From Candidatus Bathyarchaeota archaeon (GTDB lineage: Archaea > Thermoproteota > Bathyarchaeia > TCS64), in assembly GCA_043826455.1 (NCBI GenBank), contig JBDRQD010000006.1, forward strand, positions 29,049 to 93,048: 64,000 nt of DNA, read 5' to 3'. The notes beneath the pieces were generated by a model that saw only the letters and a list, made by a program, of their open reading frames with translations, ran no database searches and had not been told where the DNA came from. Numbering within the stretch: position 1 is the stretch's first letter; the number at the start of each line of letters is the position of its first letter. Position numbers and translations under genes: made by a program. Below are positions 38,129 through 47,035 of the stretch, in pieces.

Positions 38129-39439
38129 GTGCACGCTCCGTCCCTACTCGATTTCACTTTGGCTCAAAGGGCGGGTCAGGAGTACTCGATAAGGCAACTC
38201 ATGAAAGGCAACATACTGGTTCTCACGGTGAGCCGCATCATCTGGAGCATGAGCATGAGTGTGGTCAACCCGTACCAGCCCCTCTTCATACAGGCCCTGG
38301 GGGGAAGCAAACCCTTGATAGGGCTCATAACCGCCCTCGGCAGCGCCACCGGCATGATCTTCTACCCCCTGGGGGGGTACCTGGCGGACAAGTCCGGGCG
38401 AGCCAAACTGGTGGGCTACGCCACCCTCCTGTACGCCATGAGCTTCATAGTGTTCATCATGGCCCCCACGTGGCAGTGGGTGGCCGTCGCCATATCCTTC
38501 CAGCAGCTGGTTCTATTCTACATGCCCGCCCTCAACGCCATAATGGCTGACAGCATACCCCCAGGCGCCAGGGGAAGAATCCTGAGCATCACCATAGCCA
38601 TCCCGGAGGCTGTAAGGATACTGGCGCCCTTCATCGGTGGCTGGCTCATAGAGACATACACCCTGATCCCCGCCATGAGGCTGGGTTACATGCTCAGCTT
38701 CGGGATGGCCTTCATGGTTGCCGTCATGAGGATAAGGTATCTGAGGGAGACCATCGAGAAGCAGGAGTTCAGGTGGGACATCCCCAAGATATTCAGAGAG
38801 AGCTACAGCAACGTCTGGGAGAGCATCAAGTGGATACTGGCCAACATGAGGGGCTACAGCCTGATAGCCATGATGCTCATCTTCATCGCCAGCCTAGTCC
38901 AGCCCTTCTGGGTGGTTTACGCCACCGAGGTAACGGGGCTGACGCCCCTCCAGTGGGGCCAGCTAAGCCTCATAGCCGGGGCAGCCAAGGTGGCCATAAG
39001 CCTCACGGTGGGTGGGCTTGTGGACAGGCTAGGCCCTAAAAAGTCCATGGTGATAAGCCTCCTCATAGGGGCCCCCGCCATGCTGGCCTTCCCCTACGCC
39101 AAGGGCTTCGTCGCCTTAACCCTAGTCTACGTTGTGCTGGTGCTGGGAAACGCCTTCATATGGATAAGCAGCGGCGTATACCTGGCAAACTCGATACCCA
39201 GGGCCGTGAGAGGCAGGATAATGGCCGGCCTAGGCCAGGGGGTAAGCCTGGGGGTGAGCGGCGGCGGATACGCCCAGGGCTTTATCCTGTTCCTGCCCGG
39301 CATGATCGGTAGCGTTGTGAGCGGGTTCATCTACGAGATGAACCCTATGTACCCCTGGTACCTGAACGTGGCCGTGATGGTGCTGTGCTTGCTCATGGTG
39401 CTGAGGCTGATGAGGGAGCCCTCCAAGGCTGAGGTTTAA
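38129..39439 (+). CDS. MFS transporter
   Basis: About 12 TM segments; GGYLADKSGR and GGLVDRLG motif A repeats; exact start uncertain. Confidence 0.9.
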   Translation: MHAPSLLDFTLAQRAGQEYSIRQLMKGNILVLTVSRIIWSMSMSVVNPYQPLFIQALGGSKPLIGLITALGSATGMIFYPLGGYLADKSGRAKLVGYATLLYAMSFIVFIMAPTWQWVAVAISFQQLVLFYMPALNAIMADSIPPGARGRILSITIAIPEAVRILAPFIGGWLIETYTLIPAMRLGYMLSFGMAFMVAVMRIRYLRETIEKQEFRWDIPKIFRESYSNVWESIKWILANMRGYSLIAMMLIFIASLVQPFWVVYATEVTGLTPLQWGQLSLIAGAAKVAISLTVGGLVDRLGPKKSMVISLLIGAPAMLAFPYAKGFVALTLVYVVLVLGNAFIWISSGVYLANSIPRAVRGRIMAGLGQGVSLGVSGGGYAQGFILFLPGMIGSVVSGFIYEMNPMYPWYLNVAVMVLCLLMVLRLMREPSKAEV

Positions 39440-39494
39440 TCGAAACCATTAAAACCAAGCACTCAGTCTTTTCTGGACGCGGAGATAAAACAAA

Positions 39495-39689
39495 ATGCCC
39501 ATCGAAGTTATGGACAAGGAGGAGTTCGTGGAGCTCTCCAAGAGCGCCTCCGAGTGCAAGGTCAAGAAGAACAAGGACAACACCAAGCTCAAGCTGAGGA
39601 CAGGCAGGTACATGTATACCATCAAGCTGGAGCCCAAGGAGGCCGAGGAGCTGGTCTCTAAGCTGGGCTGCCCCACCGTCCAGATCTAG
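39495..39689 (+). CDS. rpl38e: Ribosomal protein eL38 (L38e)
   Basis: MP...EF...KVKKNKDNTKLKLRTGRYMYT..EAEEL matches the eL38 pattern. Confidence 0.85.
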   Translation: MPIEVMDKEEFVELSKSASECKVKKNKDNTKLKLRTGRYMYTIKLEPKEAEELVSKLGCPTVQI

Positions 39690-39774
39690 GCGCCAAATCA
39701 ACCGGTTTTACTCATAAGCTTCTCGCTATATGTTATTGGTGAGATGAAAAAATATAGTGAAAAGAGGTAACAGC

Positions 39775-40026
39775 TTACTTCTTTTCCAGATAAGCGATGT
39801 TGTTAACAACTGAGACTTCAATCTTATCTTGAATGTCTCTGGCGTCAATTCTCTTCTTAAGCTGCGTCCTCAGGTAGTTGGCGTCTTTTCCCGGTACTTC
39901 AACCTTCACAAGGTCGTGGCTGTTTTTTAGGAAGCTGTCGATGATAGGGTCGTACTTGCTCCCTTTCCTGTACTTTCTTGATGGCTTTTTCTCAACTGGC
40001 TTTAAATCGAATTTAACGTCACTCAT
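39775..40026 (-). CDS. Small Lys/Arg-rich hypothetical protein
   Basis: 83-aa ORF with its own AT-rich promoter (TTTATATAA near 40060). Confidence 0.7.
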   Translation of the reverse strand: MSDVKFDLKPVEKKPSRKYRKGSKYDPIIDSFLKNSHDLVKVEVPGKDANYLRTQLKKRIDARDIQDKIEVSVVNNIAYLEKK

Positions 40027-40187
40027 TTCTTGCGCCTGTTATTTCATGTATTTCTTGTATTTATATAAGTTGTCATTGATGTTTTATGAGTAAATGGTTA
40101 TTCTATAATGTTGAGAATAAGCAGTAAACCTGGCTATTACATAAAACGTTTACCCAGTGTATGCTAAACAGTGATCAAAAAAGGTGA

Positions 40188-41324
40188 TCATAGGCAGACT
40201 CTTTTTATAGTCTCCTTGAACGTCCTCACACCCGCATCCAGCTGCTCCAAGGTTATATACTCGTCAGCCGTGTGCGCCTGATCGATGCTCCCAGGGCCGC
40301 AGATGACCGTAGGTATTCCCGCCCTGGTGTAGTCCACTGCCTCGGTGTAGTAGGGTGCGCCAACGGGCTCTGTGCCCAGGAGGTCTTTCAGTGTCTTCAC
40401 TATGACACTGTCCAGGGGTACGTTCAGCGGCTCCCCGGCTCTGTGGCTCAGAATCTCAGCCTTGAACTGGGGGTCTCGCTTACTCAGCCGGTCTATGATG
40501 TCCTGTATCCATTTGCGGGACACCGCAGGGTCCTTGTGGGCTGGGATGAGCCGCATGTTTAACGTGAGCTTCGCCTGGTCTGGGATAATATTGGCCTTGA
40601 AGCCCCCCGTCATGAGCGTGCACTCCACAGTTGTGGGCCCCAACAGCGGATGCCTCTCCTGGTCTAGCTTGGATTGGAGCTCCCGCAGGGCCATGAGGAA
40701 GTCCGCTGCCTTCTGCACGGCGTTGACCCCCACCTCAGGGCGACTGCTGTGGGCGGCGCGGCCGTGGATCACGACCTCGGCTCCTCCACCGCCCTTGTGG
40801 ACGGGTATTATCTCCATCATGCTGGGCTCAGGTATCACCCCGTACATGGCATCTTTCGTTGTGATGAGCCCCTCCTTCAGAATGCGGGTCACGTACCAGC
40901 CCCCCGTGTCCTCCCCCGCCGTGAAAGCCACGGTGAGCTGCCGCTTCAGAGGCTTCCTGGAAAGCTCCTTCACAGCCTGAAGGATACATGCGTCGGGACC
41001 CTTCATGTCGCAGGCCCCGCGCCCATACAGTTTCCCGTCCTTCACCACCGGGTCGAAAGGCCCAGAGACCTTCCACAGCGCAGGGTCCCCGGATAACACG
41101 ATGTCTATGTGACCTGACAGCACGAGGCCCGGGCCCTTCCCGGAGCCAAGTTTGCCGACAACGTTGGCTCTGTCCTTCTCCACCACCTGTAGGTGGGTCT
41201 CTGCTCCCAGGTCCTCCAGGTAGTCGCGGATCCACTCCGCGCAGGGCTGCTCCTTGGCGGGGGGGCCGCTGGTGTCGAACCTGATGAGCTCCTTGGCTAT
41301 GTCCACTACGGTCAAAGGTGTCAC
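40188..41324 (-). CDS. M20 ArgE/DapE-family deacylase
   Basis: SGHIDIV, GRGACDMKG, GRAAHSS, GPGSIDQAHTADE. Confidence 0.9.
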   Translation of the reverse strand: MTPLTVVDIAKELIRFDTSGPPAKEQPCAEWIRDYLEDLGAETHLQVVEKDRANVVGKLGSGKGPGLVLSGHIDIVLSGDPALWKVSGPFDPVVKDGKLYGRGACDMKGPDACILQAVKELSRKPLKRQLTVAFTAGEDTGGWYVTRILKEGLITTKDAMYGVIPEPSMMEIIPVHKGGGGAEVVIHGRAAHSSRPEVGVNAVQKAADFLMALRELQSKLDQERHPLLGPTTVECTLMTGGFKANIIPDQAKLTLNMRLIPAHKDPAVSRKWIQDIIDRLSKRDPQFKAEILSHRAGEPLNVPLDSVIVKTLKDLLGTEPVGAPYYTEAVDYTRAGIPTVICGPGSIDQAHTADEYITLEQLDAGVRTFKETIKRVCL

Positions 41325-41352
41325 TAGCTGAGAAGTGGAGTCGAATTGTTAT

Positions 41353-42117
41353 TTAGGGTTTGAGAATGGGTTCCCGTGGCCGCAGGCCGAGGTACCCCCT
41401 TATGTTGTATATGTGCTCCCTCTCGTGTTCTAGGAACCGTCTCAGGACCTTGTGGGCGGTCCACCTCTCGTCCGGGTACGAGGTGTACTCGGCTCGGGTG
41501 AAGACCCTGTCCCCTTTGCTGGGTGCCACCTGTCTCAGGGTCTCCACGCATCCGCGGCGTACCGTCTCCAGGCGCTGGAACACGGGCAGTCTGTCGGCCT
41601 CCTCCACCCTCATTCCAAGACTGGACTCGTAGACCCTGTCAGCCTCCGAGCCGAGGCGGGATACGTAGAACTCCTCGGCGTTGCACACGTGGCTCAGGAT
41701 CTGGGCTATGTTCCGCTTTTTCCCCGGGGGCACTACGCTCATGGACTCAGCGGAGAGGCCCCGGACCTGAGCCAGCAGGTCGCTTCTGTTGTATCCCATC
41801 CGTTTGACGCATTCCTCCAGGAGGCGGGGGGACACGGCTTTGAAGTCGTACCTGAAGAGGGCGACCTCACCCCCTGATTCTCCAAGTTGACTTACCCCAG
41901 TCACCTCCTCGGCGACCGTGATCTCCGGGGACTCTACTCTGGGCGGCGCCTCACTGTGGCGCCTCAGCCACTCGTGGTGGTACACGAGTTCTTCCTCAAG
42001 CTCAACGAGGGCCTGGTCCCTCGTGGTGGCCCTCGCGTGGGTGCCCAGGTGCTCAGTGAACCGCCCGTACCACAGGCCCGTGGTTCCCGTCTCCAAAGCG
42101 GCGTAAACCTTCGCCAT
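41353..42117 (-). CDS. HicB-like N-domain fused to a DinB-like domain
   Basis: N-terminal GTHARATTRDQALVEL; DinB-type ILSHV..AE..Y and RRFLEHEREH. Confidence 0.7.
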   Translation of the reverse strand: MAKVYAALETGTTGLWYGRFTEHLGTHARATTRDQALVELEEELVYHHEWLRRHSEAPPRVESPEITVAEEVTGVSQLGESGGEVALFRYDFKAVSPRLLEECVKRMGYNRSDLLAQVRGLSAESMSVVPPGKKRNIAQILSHVCNAEEFYVSRLGSEADRVYESSLGMRVEEADRLPVFQRLETVRRGCVETLRQVAPSKGDRVFTRAEYTSYPDERWTAHKVLRRFLEHEREHIYNIRGYLGLRPREPILKP

Positions 42118-42198
42118 GGTGCCTCAGCATTGGAGGTGTCGCTGGTCCGTGATAAACGTAGCCCGCTGATCAATAGTGTTTAAGTTGTTGCGCTGTGG

Positions 42199-42480
42199 AT
42201 GAAGATGATGTCTAAGCGCCTCAGTCTGGCGGCTGGGCTTCTCGCGGCAGCGGTCTACATACTGGTGCCTACGCCCGACGAGGCCGTGATCCACCCCGCT
42301 GTGGGTGGAGCCCTGTACATTTACTTCCAGGTGGACCCGCTAACGGGGCTCCTCGTCTCCGTCGCCGTCTACAGGCTGGCGGGCATTGCCTGCCTGGCCG
42401 GCGCGTTGCTGCTCGGGGGAAGAGACGCCCTCCGGATGCTGAGGGAGAAGCTCAGGGTAAGGGTTGGTGCTCCCACCTAG
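42199..42480 (+). CDS. Small membrane hypothetical protein
   Basis: Hydrophobic 93-aa ORF with PTPDE motif. Confidence 0.5.
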   Translation: MKMMSKRLSLAAGLLAAAVYILVPTPDEAVIHPAVGGALYIYFQVDPLTGLLVSVAVYRLAGIACLAGALLLGGRDALRMLREKLRVRVGAPT

Positions 42481-42835
42481 AGCTAGACACGGGTTCTAAC
42501 TGCCGCAGGCGAGTTCAACAGCCCTGCAATCCCAGAATTCTACAGCCAACTCGTGGCCGAGGGTGAGAGCACCGGCAGACAGCCGAAAAAAAGGGTAACA
42601 CCCCGAATAAACCGATGGCTCAACCAGTGCAAACAGTAAAAGAAACAGCCCCCCCCATCGTCACACCCCACGCCGAACAACGAGCACGGCGGACACCGCC
42701 TCCCACCGCCACCGCCTAAGAACACGGAAAAAGCCTCCAAACCCGAAAACAACCCCGAAAACAGGGAACCGCGGTGGCGGTGATGGGACCCCCCCCCCTC
42801 CCCCCCACGCGCACACACAGACAAACAGAGGAGAA

Positions 42836-42914
42836 TGGTGCTCCTGCCGGGATTTGAACCCGGGTTCTCCGACTCGAAAGGCCGGAATGCTTGGCCGGTC
42901 TACACCACAGGAGC
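42836..42914 (-). tRNA. tRNA-Glu (TTC), encoded CCA
   Basis: GCTCCTG acceptor stem, anticodon arm CCGGC-CTTTCGA-GTCGG, T-arm CCGGG-TTCAAAT-CCCGG, ACCA end. Confidence 0.95.
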
Positions 42915-42934
42915 GCGTACCAGTGATAAGCCTG

Positions 42935-42980
42935 CGGCCCTTTTATAAGTTAACCGTCGGGGGGCATTTTTATATCTGCG
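42935..42980. promoter_or_regulatory. Back-to-back TATA boxes for the divergent tRNAs
   Basis: TTTTATAA at about 42941 and TTTTTATA at about 42967, each roughly 25-35 bp from a tRNA 5' end. Confidence 0.55.
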
Positions 42981-43001
42981 TCTTCTGTTTATGGTGGGTG
43001 C

Positions 43002-43079
43002 GGGCCCGTAGCTCAGTTTGGCTAGAGCACCCGGCTCATAACCGGGTGGTCATGGGTTCAAATCCCTTCGGGCCCACCA
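43002..43079 (+). tRNA. tRNA with CAT anticodon, probably tRNA-Ile2 rather than Met
   Basis: GGGCCCG acceptor stem (Ile type), CCCGG-CTCATAA-CCGGG, TTCAAAT loop, ACCA; one T-T mismatch in the T-stem. Confidence 0.88.
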
Positions 43080-43222
43080 ATAACATCTTCTCCTACCCCA
43101 GGATGAAGGATCCGGCGGCGACGGGCCCTAGCAGGATGAGCGCTAGCTTTCAAGAGGAACCGGCTTCACAATAACAGTCATTGAACATACGATAATTGTT
43201 AATATCTGCCCCATGATTTCAT

Positions 43223-44074
43223 GTGATAATGGAGTTAGCGGACCACAAGAGGCGGCTTAAAAACCGCTATGTGTGGCTCATTACGCTACTTGGGATCATG
43301 CTATACTTACACTCATTCATAATTCAAATCCATCCGCTGATCTTCCTCGTGTGGCCTCTCAGCTTCTGGTTGATGATCGAGGTTTTGGTCAGGTTTAAGG
43401 AAAAAAGGTTCATGGTTCTCATGTTCTCAGCCACATTCATCGCGTACATGATAGTCACCCAGTTTCTAGTGGTGGAGAAACCGCAGGGCATATTCTTCAA
43501 TCTTGAACCCGTTCATAACATGTCCACAATCTCCTACCTAGTCTTGGCGGAGGCGAGCCTCTTCTTTCTCTACGATGCGCTGATCACTCGTTCAGTGTCC
43601 TTCAAGGATGTCCCCGCCTACATCGGCTTTGCGTCGGTTATACCATGGCTGTCACCCGCCGTCATTGAAGCCATAATTCTCATGCGGTGGTCTCTGAATG
43701 GAACATTCTCCGCGATGACGACTGGAAAAGGCATAGGAGGCGCCAGTCTAAATGACATTCTATTCTACTATGGTGGCAGAAACTTTGCGGTATCCTCTGC
43801 ACTCTTTTACGCAGGGATGCTGATTTTGTACATTTCACAGAGAATGATTCAACAACATGAGGAAAATATGTTCAAGAGATCGATGGCTGCAAAGGACGAG
43901 GAATGGATAATCCATGTCTGGGAGAACCCCCTGACACTACTGGGTGAAGAGGAGCAGGAGACGTTCTTAAACGACCACAAGCACCTCGGAAGAGAGGACC
44001 AAAACGAGATCTTAAGAAAAGAGACCCTACCAGCCAAGGGAATTTTACTGATCGACCCCAGCTCACTTAGCTGA
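43223..44074 (+). CDS. Multi-pass membrane hypothetical protein
   Basis: Several hydrophobic segments plus soluble C-terminal tail; lower GC. Confidence 0.6.
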   Translation: MIMELADHKRRLKNRYVWLITLLGIMLYLHSFIIQIHPLIFLVWPLSFWLMIEVLVRFKEKRFMVLMFSATFIAYMIVTQFLVVEKPQGIFFNLEPVHNMSTISYLVLAEASLFFLYDALITRSVSFKDVPAYIGFASVIPWLSPAVIEAIILMRWSLNGTFSAMTTGKGIGGASLNDILFYYGGRNFAVSSALFYAGMLILYISQRMIQQHEENMFKRSMAAKDEEWIIHVWENPLTLLGEEEQETFLNDHKHLGREDQNEILRKETLPAKGILLIDPSSLS

Positions 44075-44597
44075 TATATGACTTGTAGGCGCTAACCGGG
44101 TGGAAATTCATGTTTTGGTAGTATTTCCGGATTGGAGTCGAAAAATGGATCACGCTTCTTATCCTCCACTCGAGGTCCGACTCTATAGAGTCTGAGAGAC
44201 GTTCGATGTTTGACCTTGGAACGGCGATGCTTGTCGTGAATGTTTTTTCCTCAAAAGGTTTTAGAGGAACATCGACTGGGGGCGCGTACGCTGCGACCCC
44301 GATATACTCCTCACCGCCGCCAGTGATTATGTAAAGCTGACACTGAATCGAAGAAAACTTCAGACGGGTATACGTTGTCGGGTTTTCAACTGAGAAAGTC
44401 AATGCTATGTTAATCTTGTCACCCTCAGGGTAGTGGACCATCTCATCAATGGTGACAGTGACTTTGTTCATCGAGGTTAGGAGCCCCATGTAATCGATGA
44501 AATTCATCACGATGAGCCCAGCCGACACCACAACTGCGGCTGTGAAGACGTATGTAAGCAGTCTGAGCCGTCTTTCCTTGTCTCTCATCGGATTCAC
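44067..44597 (-). CDS. Single-TM protein with beta-rich (LEA_2-like) domain
   Basis: N-terminal TM; FSVENPT motif. Confidence 0.55.
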   Translation of the reverse strand: MNPMRDKERRLRLLTYVFTAAVVVSAGLIVMNFIDYMGLLTSMNKVTVTIDEMVHYPEGDKINIALTFSVENPTTYTRLKFSSIQCQLYIITGGGEEYIGVAAYAPPVDVPLKPFEEKTFTTSIAVPRSNIERLSDSIESDLEWRIRSVIHFSTPIRKYYQNMNFHPVSAYKSYIS

Positions 44598-44629
44598 TTA
44601 GAGCATCAAGAGATATAAGATTAAAACCT

Positions 44630-45061
44630 TTGACGTATGAGTATCACTGGGAAAAGGTCGAGCCGTGCATTAGCGTGGGATCATTGAAACACATGCTCTT
44701 GGTGGCCCTCGGGTGGGCGGTCTTTCACAGTCATCTACAGTTCACCGTCCTCATCTCTGAGAACAACGGCATCCAACCGACATGGTTTCTTCTAGTTTTA
44801 TTCATGGCGATTGTTGCATCTACTCTGTTGGAAGAGTTGGAACAGGCGTTGAAAACGTGGCTGGTATCTATAGTGGTCTCAGTTACACTTGTCCTGCTGC
44901 TTGTCACGTTCCCCATAGCCTTTGGTATGCTCAATACTCAGTTCGCTCCTTTGATCATCGTTGGATCGATTCAGCCCATGGCCACCACATTGGTGATAAC
45001 TGCGCCCATCAACCTGTTTGGGTGCTTCTTTGGTCAAGTTGTAAGAAACAAGTTAATCTAA
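44630..45061 (+). CDS. Small multi-TM hypothetical protein
   Basis: About 4 hydrophobic segments. Confidence 0.55.
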   Translation: MTYEYHWEKVEPCISVGSLKHMLLVALGWAVFHSHLQFTVLISENNGIQPTWFLLVLFMAIVASTLLEELEQALKTWLVSIVVSVTLVLLLVTFPIAFGMLNTQFAPLIIVGSIQPMATTLVITAPINLFGCFFGQVVRNKLI

Positions 45062-45064
45062 AGA

Positions 45065-46057
45065 TCATATGTGGTTGAGGTGGCAGGCCACCATGTGACC
45101 GCCGCCAATATCCACGAGCTCAGGCTCGAGTTTAGAGCATATGTCCTTGGCCACCAGACATCTACTGTAGAACCTGCAACGCCTGGGCGGATTGATGGGG
45201 CTGGTAACCTCCCCAGTTATGTTCACTTTCTCCTTTCTGGCCGCCGGATTCGGCACGGGCGTCGCCTCCAAGAGCGCTCGCGTGTAGGGGTGCACCGGGT
45301 TCTTGACGATCTCGTCGCTGGTTGCCATCTCCATGATCCTGCCGAGGTACATGATGGCGATCCTGTCGCAGAAGTGCCTGGCCACGGCTAGTTCGTGGGT
45401 GATGAAAAGGTAGGATCTGGTTAACTGTTTCAGCTCCATCATGAGGTTTAGTATCTCGCCTCGGGTGGAGGTGTCCAGCATGGAGACAGGCTCATCCGCC
45501 ACCACGAAGTCGGGGTGGATTATCAGGGCTCGGGCTACAGCTATTCGCTGCCTCTGCCCACCGCTGAGTTCATGGGGGTAGCGGAACATGAAGTCCTCGG
45601 GGGGAGTCAGCCGCACACTCTCCAGAATCTCAGCCACCTTCTTCTCTTTATCAGCCTCGTTCTCTATGAGGTGATTGACTTCGAGGGGCTCCGCCACCAG
45701 GTCCAAGACTGTCATTCTGGGGTTAAGTGACTCGTAGGGGTCCTGGAATATGATCTGCATCTTGGGCCTAAGCTGTTTCATCTCGCTAGGGGAGAGTGAG
45801 ACTATGTTGGTGTCTCTGAAATATATCTCGCCGTTCGTGGGCTCGATGAGGCGGATCAGGAGACGGCCGAGGGTGGTCTTCCCGCAGCCACTCTCTCCGA
45901 CCAAGCCGAGAACCTCGTCTTGATTTATATCGAAAGTCACTTTGTCGACTGCGTGGAGGTTCAAATCCTCCTTGGTGAAAAGCGAGCTAATTAGGCCTCT
46001 CCTTATGGGGAACAGTTTCCTGAGTTCTCTGACTCTGATTATTGGGTTTTCGCTCAA
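45065..46057 (-). CDS. Oligopeptide/dipeptide ABC ATPase (OppF/DppF)
   Basis: GESGCGKT, QDPYESLNP, LSGGQRQR, ADEP, C-terminal CRFYSRC...VACH; TTG start at 46057. Confidence 0.95.
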   Translation of the reverse strand: MSENPIIRVRELRKLFPIRRGLISSLFTKEDLNLHAVDKVTFDINQDEVLGLVGESGCGKTTLGRLLIRLIEPTNGEIYFRDTNIVSLSPSEMKQLRPKMQIIFQDPYESLNPRMTVLDLVAEPLEVNHLIENEADKEKKVAEILESVRLTPPEDFMFRYPHELSGGQRQRIAVARALIIHPDFVVADEPVSMLDTSTRGEILNLMMELKQLTRSYLFITHELAVARHFCDRIAIMYLGRIMEMATSDEIVKNPVHPYTRALLEATPVPNPAARKEKVNITGEVTSPINPPRRCRFYSRCLVAKDICSKLEPELVDIGGGHMVACHLNHI

Positions 46058-47034
46058 ACTAGGTCGCCTCGCGGATGGTGGCACGCCACATGGTGATTCT
46101 CTGATATCCTCCTCATCTCCGGAGGCGGCTCCTGCCTGCAGATCTCGGTGGCCGCCTGGCACCTGGGGTGGAACCGGCACCCCAGTGGCGGATCGAGGAG
46201 GTTGGGCGGCGCCCCGGGTATGAACTCGAAGGTGTTTTTCCTTTCCTCATCCTCTACCGTCGGGAAGGTGCTGATTAACCCGTGCGTGTAATGGTGCTGG
46301 GGGCTCCTGAATACCTCGTTGATCTCTCCCCCCTCGATGATTCTCCCCGCGTACATGATGTTCAGGTAGTCGCAGAGTTCGGCTAGGACAGAGATGTCGT
46401 GGCTGATGACTATCAGGGAGAGGTTCATGTCCTTCTTGAGCCCTCTCAGCAGGTCCATGAGCTGCTTCTGCACGATTACATCCAGCGCGGTGGTGGGCTC
46501 GTCGGCTATGACGAGCTGGGGGTTACAGGCTAGGGCCATGGCGATCATCGCCCTCTGACGCATGCCTCCGCTGAACTCGTGGGGGTAATGGTTCCCCATG
46601 GCTGGGTCGATTTCCACCCTTTTAAGGAGGTCGCGCGCGATCTCGATTCGTTCGTTCTTTTTCTTTTTCTTGTCGTGGAGCTTGATGGCTTCGTCTATCT
46701 GGTCCTCGACTTTGAACACCGGGTTCAGGGCGTTCATGGCCCCTTGAAAGATCATGGAGATTTGTTTCCATCGAACATTCTCCCTGAAATCCTTCTCATC
46801 CAGGGTGTAAATATCGTCGCCCTTGAACACCAAAGTCCCGCTCTCTATCGCCCCGTTCGAGGGGAGAAGCTTCAGGAAGGAGAGTCCGAGGGTGGTCTTA
46901 CCGCACCCAGACTCCCCGGCCAAGCCCACGGAGCTCCCTTCTTCTACTGTAAAGTCTACGCCGTCGACCGCCTTCACAACACCTTTCACGGTGTGGTAGT
47001 ATACTCTCAGGTCTGAGACTTCGAGGATGTTCAT
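46054..47034 (-). CDS. Oligopeptide/dipeptide ABC ATPase (OppD/DppD)
   Basis: GESGCGKT, FSGGMRQR, ADEPTTALD, GCRFHPRC. Confidence 0.95.
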   Translation of the reverse strand: MNILEVSDLRVYYHTVKGVVKAVDGVDFTVEEGSSVGLAGESGCGKTTLGLSFLKLLPSNGAIESGTLVFKGDDIYTLDEKDFRENVRWKQISMIFQGAMNALNPVFKVEDQIDEAIKLHDKKKKKNERIEIARDLLKRVEIDPAMGNHYPHEFSGGMRQRAMIAMALACNPQLVIADEPTTALDVIVQKQLMDLLRGLKKDMNLSLIVISHDISVLAELCDYLNIMYAGRIIEGGEINEVFRSPQHHYTHGLISTFPTVEDEERKNTFEFIPGAPPNLLDPPLGCRFHPRCQAATEICRQEPPPEMRRISENHHVACHHPRGDLV

Positions 47035-47035
47035 C

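Noticed and set aside
43002..43079. tRNA-Met or initiator assignment
   Set aside because: The GGGCCC acceptor stem is Ile-type, and the initiator A1-U72 pair is absent
42540..43174. ORFs 42540-42824 and 42854-43174
   Set aside because: The first is low-complexity skewed DNA; the second overlaps two tRNA genes
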